A stretch of 57,665 bases of DNA from IMG/VR virus record IMGVR_UViG_3300008113_000328, positions 1 to 57,665 of that record. The stretch is one strand, 5' to 3'. Under the pieces are notes generated by a model. That model was not told the DNA's origin, ran no database searches, and saw only the letters and a program-made list of their open reading frames with translations. The stretch is from a virus. Its lineage: Duplodnaviria; Caudoviricetes. Positions 17,939 through 25,274 of this stretch are shown in pieces (position 1 is the stretch's first letter; each line of letters begins with the position of its first letter). The position numbers and the translations under genes are program-made.

Positions 17939-19000
17939 TTAGCTGTAGGTTATAATCTCTGACTGAGAGAACCATCCATTACAACCAAGGCAGTGGTAGT
18001 GGTTGAACCCATCGAACTCCAAGTCGTGGTAGCAGTCTATACAGATTGGCTTCTTGGACTCATCAGCAAAGTCAAAGTCAAACTCAGTAGTCTCGTGCTC
18101 GTAGTCATACTTGCTGTCGAATAGTTCATAGTTCTTGGCAGGGGTTGGCTTCTTCCAATGTTGCTCATAGCTTTTGTGCAACTTGGCTCCGCCCTCTATG
18201 TCCTTGCCGTTGAAGTATATCCAACAGGTGAGCACACGCTTCTTCATCTGAATCTGAATCTGCTTGCGCACATACCAACGTGGGTGACCCTCGAGTCTGT
18301 CCAACTCTTCAAGCGTCTCTGAGTTTACCTTGAACACATCCACGTCCACGTTGTACCCAATACCCTTCTTCTCAATTAGGTACGGCAGTCCGCTAACAAC
18401 GAGCGGATACCTGTCCTTGGTTTGTCCTGCGCCAAGGTATCCTGCTGAGCGCAGGTAGTGGTAGTAGTTTGAGTTGCCCTTCTTGAGCGTGCCGTACACC
18501 GCGACCAAGTGTTCCTCAAGCACGTTGTCCTTAGAGAACCATATGCCATCGCGCTGTGTCCACAGGTGCTTGTTGTAAATCTGATAGGTGCGGTTGCGTG
18601 TGTTGATGGTAACGAAACGGCAGGGGTGCTTCTCGAGTTCTGCCTTCCACGTGTGACGAGGTATCTCGCCAAGCGATATAGCCAACGCCTTGGTGTCTGA
18701 TATCTGCGCATTGCCTAGCCCGTAGATAGTTCCGTTCATCATAAGCCACTCCTTTGAGTTAGCACCACACTCAAATGGATGAGTGTTCTCCCTGTTAATT
18801 GCACCGATGGTAGCGTATCGGAAGTGAGCAATGAACGGACGCTTGGTATCTAGCTGTCTGTATTCCTTGGACTCGTGATAGGTAACCTCAAAGGTGTCGA
18901 GCCAAATGATGCCGAGTCCGTGAGGGTTGATACGCGCTGATGATTTGGCGACACTTACAGGCAGTCGCATACCCTTTTGTTTGATGATGATTACACACAT
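17939..19000 (-). CDS. Class II glutamine amidotransferase (Ntn) fused to a gamma-glutamylcyclotransferase domain and a C-terminal Zn ribbon
   Basis: MCVI N-terminal Cys, NPHGLG, HFRYATIG..NTHPF, MMNG, SDT; VAVYGTLKKG..LDRLEGHP; CIDC..CLGC. Start set at ATG 19000. Confidence 0.85.
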   Translation of the reverse strand: MCVIIIKQKGMRLPVSVAKSSARINPHGLGIIWLDTFEVTYHESKEYRQLDTKRPFIAHFRYATIGAINRENTHPFECGANSKEWLMMNGTIYGLGNAQISDTKALAISLGEIPRHTWKAELEKHPCRFVTINTRNRTYQIYNKHLWTQRDGIWFSKDNVLEEHLVAVYGTLKKGNSNYYHYLRSAGYLGAGQTKDRYPLVVSGLPYLIEKKGIGYNVDVDVFKVNSETLEELDRLEGHPRWYVRKQIQIQMKKRVLTCWIYFNGKDIEGGAKLHKSYEQHWKKPTPAKNYELFDSKYDYEHETTEFDFDFADESKKPICIDCYHDLEFDGFNHYHCLGCNGWFSQSEIITYS

Positions 19001-19059
19001 AGTGATTAGATTTATGGGCATCGTACTAAACGAAGAACCCTGATTGAACTGATTTTGCA

Positions 19060-19091
19060 CAAAGGTACGACAATCTTTAGACAATGTCAAG
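19060..19091 (-). promoter_or_regulatory. Repeated early promoter (-33 CTTG, 20-nt spacer, TACCTTTG)
   Basis: Homologous to the promoters at 21270 and 22809. Confidence 0.7.
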
Positions 19092-19099
19092 TAAAATCT

Positions 19100-19261
19100 T
19101 TATGACGAACTCCGTGCTATTGATAGCAGGTCAGCCCTATCTTGCAGTTCCTTCTTTAGTTTGAGTAGCATCGGCATTGTTTCCTCGTAGGTTATCTTGC
19201 CATCGTCAAACTGCTTTGATAGATTTCTCATATCGTCAATCATATCTTCCATTGTCCTCAT
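19100..19261 (-). CDS. Small hypothetical protein
   Basis: MRTMEDMIDDMRNLSK..., 53 aa, following the upstream stop. Confidence 0.5.
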   Translation of the reverse strand: MRTMEDMIDDMRNLSKQFDDGKITYEETMPMLLKLKKELQDRADLLSIARSSS

Positions 19262-19268
19262 CGCCTGC

Positions 19269-19517
19269 CTAATGTGTTGAGGTAGACACCCATTCCTTGG
19301 GGCTGACTTTCTCCTCCTTTGTTTCTCTGTAGCTGAGGTAGTCTGTGATGTAGTCATCAATTGCTTCGGTCTGACTGCCATAGTCACGCTCCCAAATCTT
19401 TCGCTTGATAGACAGGCCATCATTCTCCTCAGTGATATACACGCTGAATATCTCGCATTTGTTTCTTGAGATGGGGTCTACATATTCTTCGACCCTAAAG
19501 ATAAGTTCTGTTGTCAT
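19269..19517 (-). CDS. Hypothetical protein
   Basis: 82-aa ATG ORF with an A-rich leader. Confidence 0.6.
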   Translation of the reverse strand: MTTELIFRVEEYVDPISRNKCEIFSVYITEENDGLSIKRKIWERDYGSQTEAIDDYITDYLSYRETKEEKVSPKEWVSTSTH

Positions 19518-19534
19518 ATGAATTTTTGATTTAA

Positions 19535-19825
19535 TTAGTCAGGAAATTTCTCTTCGTCATTGTCATCCAAGTACATCTCCCACCCCGATGGCTCGTCAAA
19601 GAACAGGCGTAGCTGATGCATCTCTGTGTCAATGTCCTCGGCATCGTAGAAGTGTGAGGTCTCTGCCCAATCGAAGAACTCAGCACGCTCACCCCTCTCC
19701 ATTGCGTGGAAGAGGTGGCGAGCCTGTGCCTTTTGTCCGTTGGCAATACTCTCGATGATGTACTCGAAGTACTCTTCTGCGGAATCAAATCCGTAGTCTT
19801 GAATTAGTTTCTGTAGTGCTCCCAT
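19535..19825 (-). CDS. Acidic hypothetical protein
   Basis: 96-aa ATG ORF tightly packed in the operon. Confidence 0.6.
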   Translation of the reverse strand: MGALQKLIQDYGFDSAEEYFEYIIESIANGQKAQARHLFHAMERGERAEFFDWAETSHFYDAEDIDTEMHQLRLFFDEPSGWEMYLDDNDEEKFPD

Positions 19826-19827
19826 AG

Positions 19828-20208
19828 TTATCCAAATATAGTTTCGTTAAAGAATACTTGTTGAAGAATCACGTCAGCCGTAACGGCATCATCATTCTCG
19901 TTGATGGCATCCATCAGGTGACGAATGTCTGTGTTCTGTACTCGCTCGTGTACATCCTGCATCGTAATGGTTCGGGTGTACTCGCCCTCGTATCCAATGT
20001 CAACCAAGGTCAGGCTGTTGCCGTCTTTGAGGATTTGGATTAGCGTATCCTCGTGACAGGGTGACGTTAGTTTCTTAGACGCATCAACGTAGTCTTTGCG
20101 CTTGTAAGTTAGGTCGAGGTCATATCCACACTCTATGTATGCAAGTCCGTTGCACAGAGCGGTGTGGAATAGTTCCTCTGATTCTTGTGGGGTCAGTGTT
20201 ACTTTCAT
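19828..20208 (-). CDS. Hypothetical protein
   Basis: 126-aa ATG ORF. Confidence 0.65.
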   Translation of the reverse strand: MKVTLTPQESEELFHTALCNGLAYIECGYDLDLTYKRKDYVDASKKLTSPCHEDTLIQILKDGNSLTLVDIGYEGEYTRTITMQDVHERVQNTDIRHLMDAINENDDAVTADVILQQVFFNETIFG

Positions 20209-20213
20209 CGTGA

Positions 20214-20621
20214 TTAGTTTTTGGGTTTATAATTTCCTTCAGCGAGGTGGTCAATCTCATTGTTCACATCCTCGATTGTCCTGTCGATTGCATCGGTCAG
20301 CAGTTCGTATGCCTCGAGTTCACTGCACTCGTACTTGTCCATCACATCGCTCACGTGCCATAGGCTTTCAGCGTGGTAGCCGTTCCTTCTCAGTGCCTGT
20401 TTTATTTCCTTGTTGGTGTATAGGAAGCCCACGTCAATGCCGATTGGGTTGCCTCTCTCGAGTGCCTCATTCAACTGCTCCTGCGTTTCGATGAGTGACT
20501 CTGAGTCATCATCGTGCAGTTCATAGATTGACAGTGCGCCTGAACTTAGTAGTTCCTTTGCCGCGTAGGTTACGATGCACCACACGTAGCCATCGTCTGT
20601 TACTTTGATTTTGTGTGACAT
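20214..20621 (-). CDS. Hypothetical protein
   Basis: 135-aa ATG ORF 19 nt downstream of HHR-2. Confidence 0.65.
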   Translation of the reverse strand: MSHKIKVTDDGYVWCIVTYAAKELLSSGALSIYELHDDDSESLIETQEQLNEALERGNPIGIDVGFLYTNKEIKQALRRNGYHAESLWHVSDVMDKYECSELEAYELLTDAIDRTIEDVNNEIDHLAEGNYKPKN

Positions 20622-20640
20622 AAAATTGATTGTGTTAGTT

Positions 20641-20691
20641 TCCGTTTCATCCTTTTGGAATCATCAGTCGGGACACTCATCCCGATACGGA
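20641..20691 (-). ncRNA. Type III hammerhead ribozyme HHR-2
   Basis: UCCG-UA^UCGGGA-UGAGUG-UCCCGA-CUGAUGA-UUCC-AAAA-GGAU-GAAA-CGGA; cut 20686/20685. Confidence 0.92.
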
Positions 20692-20694
20692 GCA

Positions 20695-20710
20695 GTGTCT
20701 TTGAAGACAC
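20695..20710. repeat. 16-bp near-palindrome
   Basis: Exact copy 5' of HHR-2, extended by GCG/UGC pairing on the minus strand. Confidence 0.9.
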
Positions 20711-20727
20711 CGCCCCTAACACACACA

Positions 20728-21234
20728 TTAAACAACTAACACCATATCTTCCCTGAGGTTGAAGTACAAGGGCGTATCTATCCCGTCAAACAGCACGTTG
20801 TATCTGAACAGGGAGCCGTCCTCGAACTCAATACGATTAACCTTGCGCCCACTCTTCGCCTCAATCAACAGCCTTGCACCCTCGAGCACAGGGGTTGCTT
20901 CCCACTTTAGCTTTCTCTTCTCATTGTACAGGCGGTAAAGCGTGTAGCTATCCACTTTGTTGAACGACTCAGCCATCGGGCACAACCACTCGAGCGCATC
21001 CATTATCATACTCGGATAAAGACTATCCTTGTCCCAATCCTTTATGTACTGCTTGCATCCTTCCAATTCATACCACATATACTTATCGAACAGGGTTGGC
21101 CTGTCTTGATAGTAGACACTCACCCAATGCCCGTCATCTTCATTGCGGTAGATACTGACCACACCACCATCTTCCGTCAGGATATTAACCTCATCGTTGT
21201 TGAGGATTTCAACTGCGTAATTCATTTTAACCAT
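20728..21234 (-). CDS. Hypothetical protein
   Basis: 168-aa ATG ORF downstream of the promoter at 21270. Confidence 0.65.
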   Translation of the reverse strand: MVKMNYAVEILNNDEVNILTEDGGVVSIYRNEDDGHWVSVYYQDRPTLFDKYMWYELEGCKQYIKDWDKDSLYPSMIMDALEWLCPMAESFNKVDSYTLYRLYNEKRKLKWEATPVLEGARLLIEAKSGRKVNRIEFEDGSLFRYNVLFDGIDTPLYFNLREDMVLVV

Positions 21235-21269
21235 TGTGATAATTGTTAGAAGTTTGAACTAATTTTGCG

Positions 21270-21315
21270 CAAAGATACGACAACGAATGAACGATGTCAA
21301 ATAAAGTTATCAACA
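21270..21315 (-). promoter_or_regulatory. Repeated early promoter TGTTGATAAC-TTTA-TTTG-N20-TATCTTTG
   Basis: Canonical Bacteroidota -33/-7 geometry plus an upstream DnaA-box-like TTATCAACA. Confidence 0.75.
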
Positions 21316-21471
21316 GGGGTACTCCCCGTACACCTTGAAGTAACACTCTTCGCAGTCAGCGTCAGTGCCTTCGGTGTTGTCGATACACTCTTGCAGTAGT
21401 ATCTCTTTGTCAAATTCTGATGCCGCCCATATGCCCACGGCAAATACAACGGCAAGGATTACTTTCTTCAT
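21310..21471 (-). CDS. Small membrane-anchored/secreted Cys-containing peptide (53 aa, not in ORF track)
   Basis: MKKVILAVVFAVGIWAASEFDKEILLQECIDNTEGTDADCEECYFKVYGEYPC; ATGA overlap with the upstream stop. Confidence 0.55.
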   Translation of the reverse strand: MKKVILAVVFAVGIWAASEFDKEILLQECIDNTEGTDADCEECYFKVYGEYPC

Positions 21472-21656
21472 TGCTGTGCTGTTTTAGTTGGTGATTGAAC
21501 TGCCTTTGATGTGAGGTAGATTAGCTTGTCAACGAGGTCGAACTCAGCCTGTGTCACAGGCTCAGGTAGGAACAGCGCGTCCAATACGACTTTGTCCATA
21601 TGAACGAAGTCAATCTTTGTCTCATCGAATGAGAACGTGATGGTTACTTGTGTCAT
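21468..21656 (-). CDS. Hypothetical protein (start revised to ATG 21656)
   Basis: MTQVTITFSF...; TAATG coupling to the upstream lipoprotein gene. Confidence 0.55.
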   Translation of the reverse strand: MTQVTITFSFDETKIDFVHMDKVVLDALFLPEPVTQAEFDLVDKLIYLTSKAVQSPTKTAQQ

Positions 21657-21838
21657 TAGCTTGGGAAGTTTAGGGTTCTGTAGTTCTGTTTGCAACCCTT
21701 GAAGTTGGGGTTGTGGTCGTGACGGAAGTTTCCGTGGCTCCGACTCTTTGATTGCTTTGTTCTGTAGGCTTGGTGCTGTGAACCACAGCTTTGGAACAGG
21801 ACAGCGATTGCTGTCAGGATTGTGATTGCTTTTCTCAT
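21656..21838 (-). CDS. Small lipoprotein
   Basis: MRKAITILTAIAVLFQS-C lipobox-type signal peptide. Confidence 0.6.
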   Translation of the reverse strand: MRKAITILTAIAVLFQSCGSQHQAYRTKQSKSRSHGNFRHDHNPNFKGCKQNYRTLNFPS

Positions 21839-22032
21839 TTGCGTGGAAGTATTTCAAAGTAAGATGGTTTGTAAAACTTGTGATTCACCCAAGGGTAGAC
21901 AGCCTCTGTCCATTCTCTGTCGTTGATACGCTCGTGGATAGACGGGTAGCTTAACACCTTGGTCTTGATGAGGGTCACAAGCATTGGTGCGCCCTCGTAA
22001 CGGAACCTGCCGTAGTAAGTTGGTGTGCTCAT
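21835..22032 (-). CDS. Hypothetical protein
   Basis: 65-aa ORF coupled on both sides. Confidence 0.55.
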   Translation of the reverse strand: MSTPTYYGRFRYEGAPMLVTLIKTKVLSYPSIHERINDREWTEAVYPWVNHKFYKPSYFEILPRK

Positions 22033-22346
22033 TATTGTGGGGTTTGGATTACTTGATAGTTCTCGATTAGAAAGTCGTTGTACTCGAACTTGCCTGTCTT
22101 GATGAACTCAAGAATCTCAGGCTCGTAGGCGTACTCAATGACACACTCCTCGAAGTACAGGGTGTACATCGCCAAGCCCGTGTCATCGTCCTGACCCTCG
22201 TAGACAATCGTGCCCTCGTCCTGTAACTCTAAGAACAGGACACGTGCCGCGTTGTCGTTCATCTTTTCGATACTCACAAAGCCTTCGCTCTGTGCCTTTG
22301 ATTGCAGTGCAATGAACATCATTGCCGAAATGAATAGTGCTTTCAT
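22032..22346 (-). CDS. Secreted acidic protein
   Basis: Signal peptide MKALFISAMMFIALQSKA/Q with Bacteroidota-type Gln at +1; directly downstream of HHR-3. Confidence 0.6.
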   Translation of the reverse strand: MKALFISAMMFIALQSKAQSEGFVSIEKMNDNAARVLFLELQDEGTIVYEGQDDDTGLAMYTLYFEECVIEYAYEPEILEFIKTGKFEYNDFLIENYQVIQTPQ

Positions 22347-22370
22347 TTGTGATTAGATTAAATTAGATTT

Positions 22371-22419
22371 CCGTTTCGTTCTTTTGAACTCATCAGGTAG
22401 GACACTCATCCTACTACGG
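22371..22419 (-). ncRNA. Type III hammerhead ribozyme HHR-3
   Basis: CCG-UA^GUAGGA-UGAGUG-UCCUAC-CUGAUGA-GUUC-AAAA-GAAC-GAAA-CGG; cut 22415/22414. Confidence 0.93.
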
Positions 22420-22421
22420 GA

Positions 22422-22437
22422 GTGTCTTTGAAGACAC
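22422..22437. repeat. 16-bp near-palindrome
   Basis: Exact copy 5' of HHR-3. Confidence 0.9.
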
Positions 22438-22451
22438 TCACGCTTTGCTCA

Positions 22452-22592
22452 TCAGCTTGCTTGAAGTACCGACTCAATTACCTTCATCATCCCATATCCC
22501 TCAGCCTTCTCGTTGGAGTTACCCAAGTCGATTAGTTCTTGTGCCTGCTCTTCTAGTTCCGCAAGTAGCTTGCTTAATTTTTGATTCTTCAT
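22452..22592 (-). CDS. Small hypothetical protein (46 aa, not in ORF track)
   Basis: MKNQKLSKLLAELEEQAQELIDLGNSNEKAEGYGMMKVIESVLQAS fills the gap between the upstream stop and the hairpin. Confidence 0.55.
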   Translation of the reverse strand: MKNQKLSKLLAELEEQAQELIDLGNSNEKAEGYGMMKVIESVLQAS

Positions 22593-22597
22593 AGTGA

Positions 22598-22777
22598 TTA
22601 GTGTTTAGGGTTTGACTCGAATGTGACTGCGACAATAGACAGCAGTGAAAGAAGACCGCACAGGTATCCTAACCATACCGCTACGCCAATGTTTAAGGTG
22701 TGACCGATTGAAATAACAACCATTGAAAGGGCTGTCATTACTGCGCAAACAAGCGCGATGTGTTTTGTGTGTGACAT
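22598..22777 (-). CDS. Small two-TM membrane protein (start revised)
   Basis: MSHTKHIALVCAVMTAL...; downstream of the promoter at 22809. Confidence 0.55.
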   Translation of the reverse strand: MSHTKHIALVCAVMTALSMVVISIGHTLNIGVAVWLGYLCGLLSLLSIVAVTFESNPKH

Positions 22778-22808
22778 AGATTTAAGTATTAAATGAACTA
22801 ATTTTCGA

Positions 22809-22854
22809 CAAAGGTACGACATTGAATAGACAATGTCAAATAAAGTTATGAACA
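22809..22854 (-). promoter_or_regulatory. Repeated early promoter TGTTCATAAC-TTTA-TTTG-N20-TACCTTTG
   Basis: Homolog of the 21270 and 19060 promoters. Confidence 0.75.
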
Positions 22855-22893
22855 CCCTGTTGTTTGTGGCTTCAGGGTGCTCATAGCTGTGCA

Positions 22894-23151
22894 CTACCAC
22901 TGCACAGGTCGTGGTGCTGTTGCGTGGTACTTTGAGCCACTCGCCTCAGGGTTCAGGCTCATATCGTGCTGTGCATTCTCAAGCCACTGCGCAAACTCAA
23001 GCATAAGCATTGCAAAGGCAGTGTCGTTGTGGCACTCAAGACGCACGACAAGTACGTCTGAGTCGTTAATAATTTGGTGTCCGTCAACCTTGCGCTCGTT
23101 GATGAAAGCGTGAAACATAGGTGACCAATCGAGGAAATAAGTACGTGTCAT
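22894..23151 (-). CDS. Hypothetical protein
   Basis: 85-aa ATG ORF downstream of HHR-4. Confidence 0.55.
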   Translation of the reverse strand: MTRTYFLDWSPMFHAFINERKVDGHQIINDSDVLVVRLECHNDTAFAMLMLEFAQWLENAQHDMSLNPEASGSKYHATAPRPVQW

Positions 23152-23179
23152 TTGTGTGACTGAATTAAGTTATGTGTGT

Positions 23180-23233
23180 TCCTGTTTCGTCCTTCGTGGA
23201 CTCATCAGCACAGGCAACTACCTGTGGACAGGA
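23180..23233 (-). ncRNA. Type III hammerhead ribozyme HHR-4
   Basis: UCCUG-UC^CACAGG-UAGUUG-CCUGUG-CUGAUGA-GUCC-ACGAA-GGAC-GAAA-CAGGA; GUC site, cut 23227/23226. Confidence 0.95.
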
Positions 23234-23239
23234 GGGCAG

Positions 23240-23255
23240 GTGTCTTTGAAGACAC
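23240..23255. repeat. 16-bp near-palindrome
   Basis: Exact copy 5' of HHR-4. Confidence 0.9.
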
Positions 23256-23268
23256 CGCCCCTGTGCGC

Positions 23269-23493
23269 TCAATTGAGCGTCATCAAAAAGTACTTTGAGC
23301 GACCGCGCCACTCACCATACTGCTTGTCAATTTCGTAGGCGAATACGCTCAGTACAAGTGTGCGCTCAGCCCCGTACATAGTCACGTACTGCGACTGCTC
23401 TTCGCCCTCGTTAGTCCAAATTTCTACGCCCTCACCAAGGCGTACTACCTGTTCGTCTGTGATTTCAGTCAGATTGAATTTTTCAAAGTTCAT
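23269..23493 (-). CDS. Hypothetical protein flanked by HHR-5 and HHR-4
   Basis: 74-aa ATG ORF with an A/C-rich leader. Confidence 0.6.
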   Translation of the reverse strand: MNFEKFNLTEITDEQVVRLGEGVEIWTNEGEEQSQYVTMYGAERTLVLSVFAYEIDKQYGEWRGRSKYFLMTLN

Positions 23494-23516
23494 AACGTGT
23501 GTGTTTTTAAGGTTTG

Positions 23517-23565
23517 CCGTTTCGTCCTTTTGGACTCATCAGACAGGGCACTCACCCTGTTACGG
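23517..23565 (-). ncRNA. Type III hammerhead ribozyme HHR-5
   Basis: CCG-UA^ACAGGG-UGAGUG-CCCUGU-CUGAUGA-GUCC-AAAA-GGAC-GAAA-CGG; cut 23561/23560. Confidence 0.95.
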
Positions 23566-23573
23566 GAGGGGCA

Positions 23574-23589
23574 GTGTCCTTGAAGACAC
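23574..23589. repeat. 16-bp near-palindrome, one-base variant
   Basis: GTGTCCTTGAAGACAC (A-U changed to G-U on the minus strand), 5' of HHR-5. Confidence 0.85.
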
Positions 23590-23603
23590 CACCCCTGCTT
23601 CCC

Positions 23604-24494
23604 TTAGTACCTCGGGAGGTACTGACGGATGCTCTCAGACACCGCGCCCGTGTCGATGAACTTTTGAAAGTCAACCGCAAGGTTCAGCACCTTCATCGCC
23701 TTTGTAGTGTCCCCGTTGTACATTAGAACTACAAGCGGTGAAATGTGCTTCAGGAACGTCTTTGTAGTAGTGTTCGGGGCTGTGATTGCCACGTTCACCA
23801 CCTCGTACATTAACTCGTAGCGTCTCATCAACTGCTTCACGCTCTCGAATCGGCTCACCACACGAAACTCGAGCACGTTGCCCTTGTTTAAGGCCACTTG
23901 ATATTTGTGGTGATAGCGCAAGTGCTGTCCAATGTCCATAGCTGTATGCATACGCAGGTTGTGGTTGCAAAAGTCATTTTTGAGGCGGTTGCGGAACAGC
24001 GCGTAAATAATGCCCGAATACTTGCGCACGGCTGTGTTGATTTCATCGCCTGTCATCCCTTCGACACCGATAGTCATATGACCACCGCAACGGCTGTCAG
24101 ACGGGCTGTATTGGTCTTCGATAATGTAACGGGCTTTGTGCATCATATCGTACACCTTTGTGCGCCACTGACCCTGTGGGAGCAAAGGCAGGATGTGGCT
24201 CACAGCCTCGTAGCCGCACGATGCATCACGCTCGAAGCCGCAAAACAACTCGTACTCACGCACCGAATTGCGGTGCAATTGGTTCTTTTCAACCTCAATG
24301 CCGATAGTGAAACGGCTTGCAATAGCCCCGTTGATGAGGGCAAAATTGTCGCGCTGTTGACGTGGCTTGAGTCCTGCAATGTCTATGCGGTGACGTGTCA
24401 CGCTCAATTTGTTTGGTGCAGGCTTGTAGTGGTATGAGTGAACTACGCCACGAGCGTGCTCGCCTGTCAATCTGTATTGGATACCTGTGTTCAT
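23604..24494 (-). CDS. Putative amidoligase (COOH-NH2 ligase family)
   Basis: RFTIGIEVE, RDASCGYEAVS, CGGHMTIG, VLEFRV motif order; co-occurs with the GATase-GGCT gene. Confidence 0.7.
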   Translation of the reverse strand: MNTGIQYRLTGEHARGVVHSYHYKPAPNKLSVTRHRIDIAGLKPRQQRDNFALINGAIASRFTIGIEVEKNQLHRNSVREYELFCGFERDASCGYEAVSHILPLLPQGQWRTKVYDMMHKARYIIEDQYSPSDSRCGGHMTIGVEGMTGDEINTAVRKYSGIIYALFRNRLKNDFCNHNLRMHTAMDIGQHLRYHHKYQVALNKGNVLEFRVVSRFESVKQLMRRYELMYEVVNVAITAPNTTTKTFLKHISPLVVLMYNGDTTKAMKVLNLAVDFQKFIDTGAVSESIRQYLPRY

Positions 24495-24518
24495 TGTGTG
24501 TGTGGTTTTAAGTGGGCA

Positions 24519-24534
24519 GTGTCTTTGAAGACAC
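24519..24534. repeat. 16-bp near-palindrome in an extended hairpin, no ribozyme
   Basis: GGGCGGTGTCTTCAAAGACACTGCCC on the minus strand, intergenic. Confidence 0.9.
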
Positions 24535-24552
24535 CGCCCTGTTTATGATTGT

Positions 24553-25206
24553 TTATTGGTTAACTGCGTATTTCACTTTGGTGGTGAACAGGCGAATAGC
24601 CTCTAACACTGCGTCCTTGTCAGCAGTGGTGTGAATAGCCCCGTCTGTATCGATTCGCACAGCTATGTTAGCCCCTTCGGGGTTCTTGAAAGTGAATGAA
24701 AATACCACCTGTGGACGCACCTCAATTGCAGGCTCTTCGCCTTCGCCTTCGCCCTCTTCACCGCCTTCGCCTGTTCCACTGCTCTCTTGTCCCTGTTCCA
24801 AAGCCTTAGCGAACTTATTGAGAGCCTCAATACTGCGAACAGGCTTCTCGCCTGTGCTCTCAGCCTCATCGCACTTTGCGTTGAACGTCTCAATCACCTC
24901 AGCAGGTAGTTCACCTGCCTTGACTAGCTTGCAGAAAAACGACTTCTTGTATCCAAACACCTTTTCGCCAAGGGCTTCCTTAGTGAACGTCACGCCCTCC
25001 TCTTCGCACAGGGCTTTACCCTCTGCGCTGTTCACCCAAGCCCAAGCCTGTGCCGACAGCTTTGCCATACTCAGAGTGTTCTCAAACGTCTTCTTCTCAG
25101 CCTTAGCCATAGTGCGCTGTAAGGCTGTCACCTGTTGCAGGTTCATACCTGCCTTAACCTGTGGATTGCTGAGGAACGATGCCTCAATTGATAGTAAATT
25201 GCTCAT
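24553..25206 (-). CDS. Hypothetical protein, first gene of the early operon
   Basis: 217-aa ATG ORF with a Gly/Glu linker. Confidence 0.7.
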   Translation of the reverse strand: MSNLLSIEASFLSNPQVKAGMNLQQVTALQRTMAKAEKKTFENTLSMAKLSAQAWAWVNSAEGKALCEEEGVTFTKEALGEKVFGYKKSFFCKLVKAGELPAEVIETFNAKCDEAESTGEKPVRSIEALNKFAKALEQGQESSGTGEGGEEGEGEGEEPAIEVRPQVVFSFTFKNPEGANIAVRIDTDGAIHTTADKDAVLEAIRLFTTKVKYAVNQ

Positions 25207-25266
25207 AAAGTGTTGATTTTGAATGTGTTATGTTATTTTATAGCTCCCGTTCGTCGGTTGCCGTGG

Positions 25267-25274
25267 CAAATATA
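25267..25274 (-). promoter_or_regulatory. -7 element TATATTTG heading the early operon
   Basis: TAnnTTTG about 60 nt upstream of ATG 25206; a TTATCAACA box lies at about 25327-25335. Confidence 0.55.

Noticed and set aside
17914-24534. Early-region palindromic hairpins as intrinsic terminators
   Set aside because: No U-tract follows them on either strand, unlike the copy at 44250.
17860-24540. CRISPR array interpretation of the repeated palindrome
   Set aside because: Spacing is 0.3-2.8 kb with whole genes in between, the repeat is only 16 bp, and there are no cas genes.
24495-24552. Sixth hammerhead after the 24519 hairpin
   Set aside because: No CUGAnGA/GAAA core; the hairpin leads directly into the leader. 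The same holds at 14995 and 25400.
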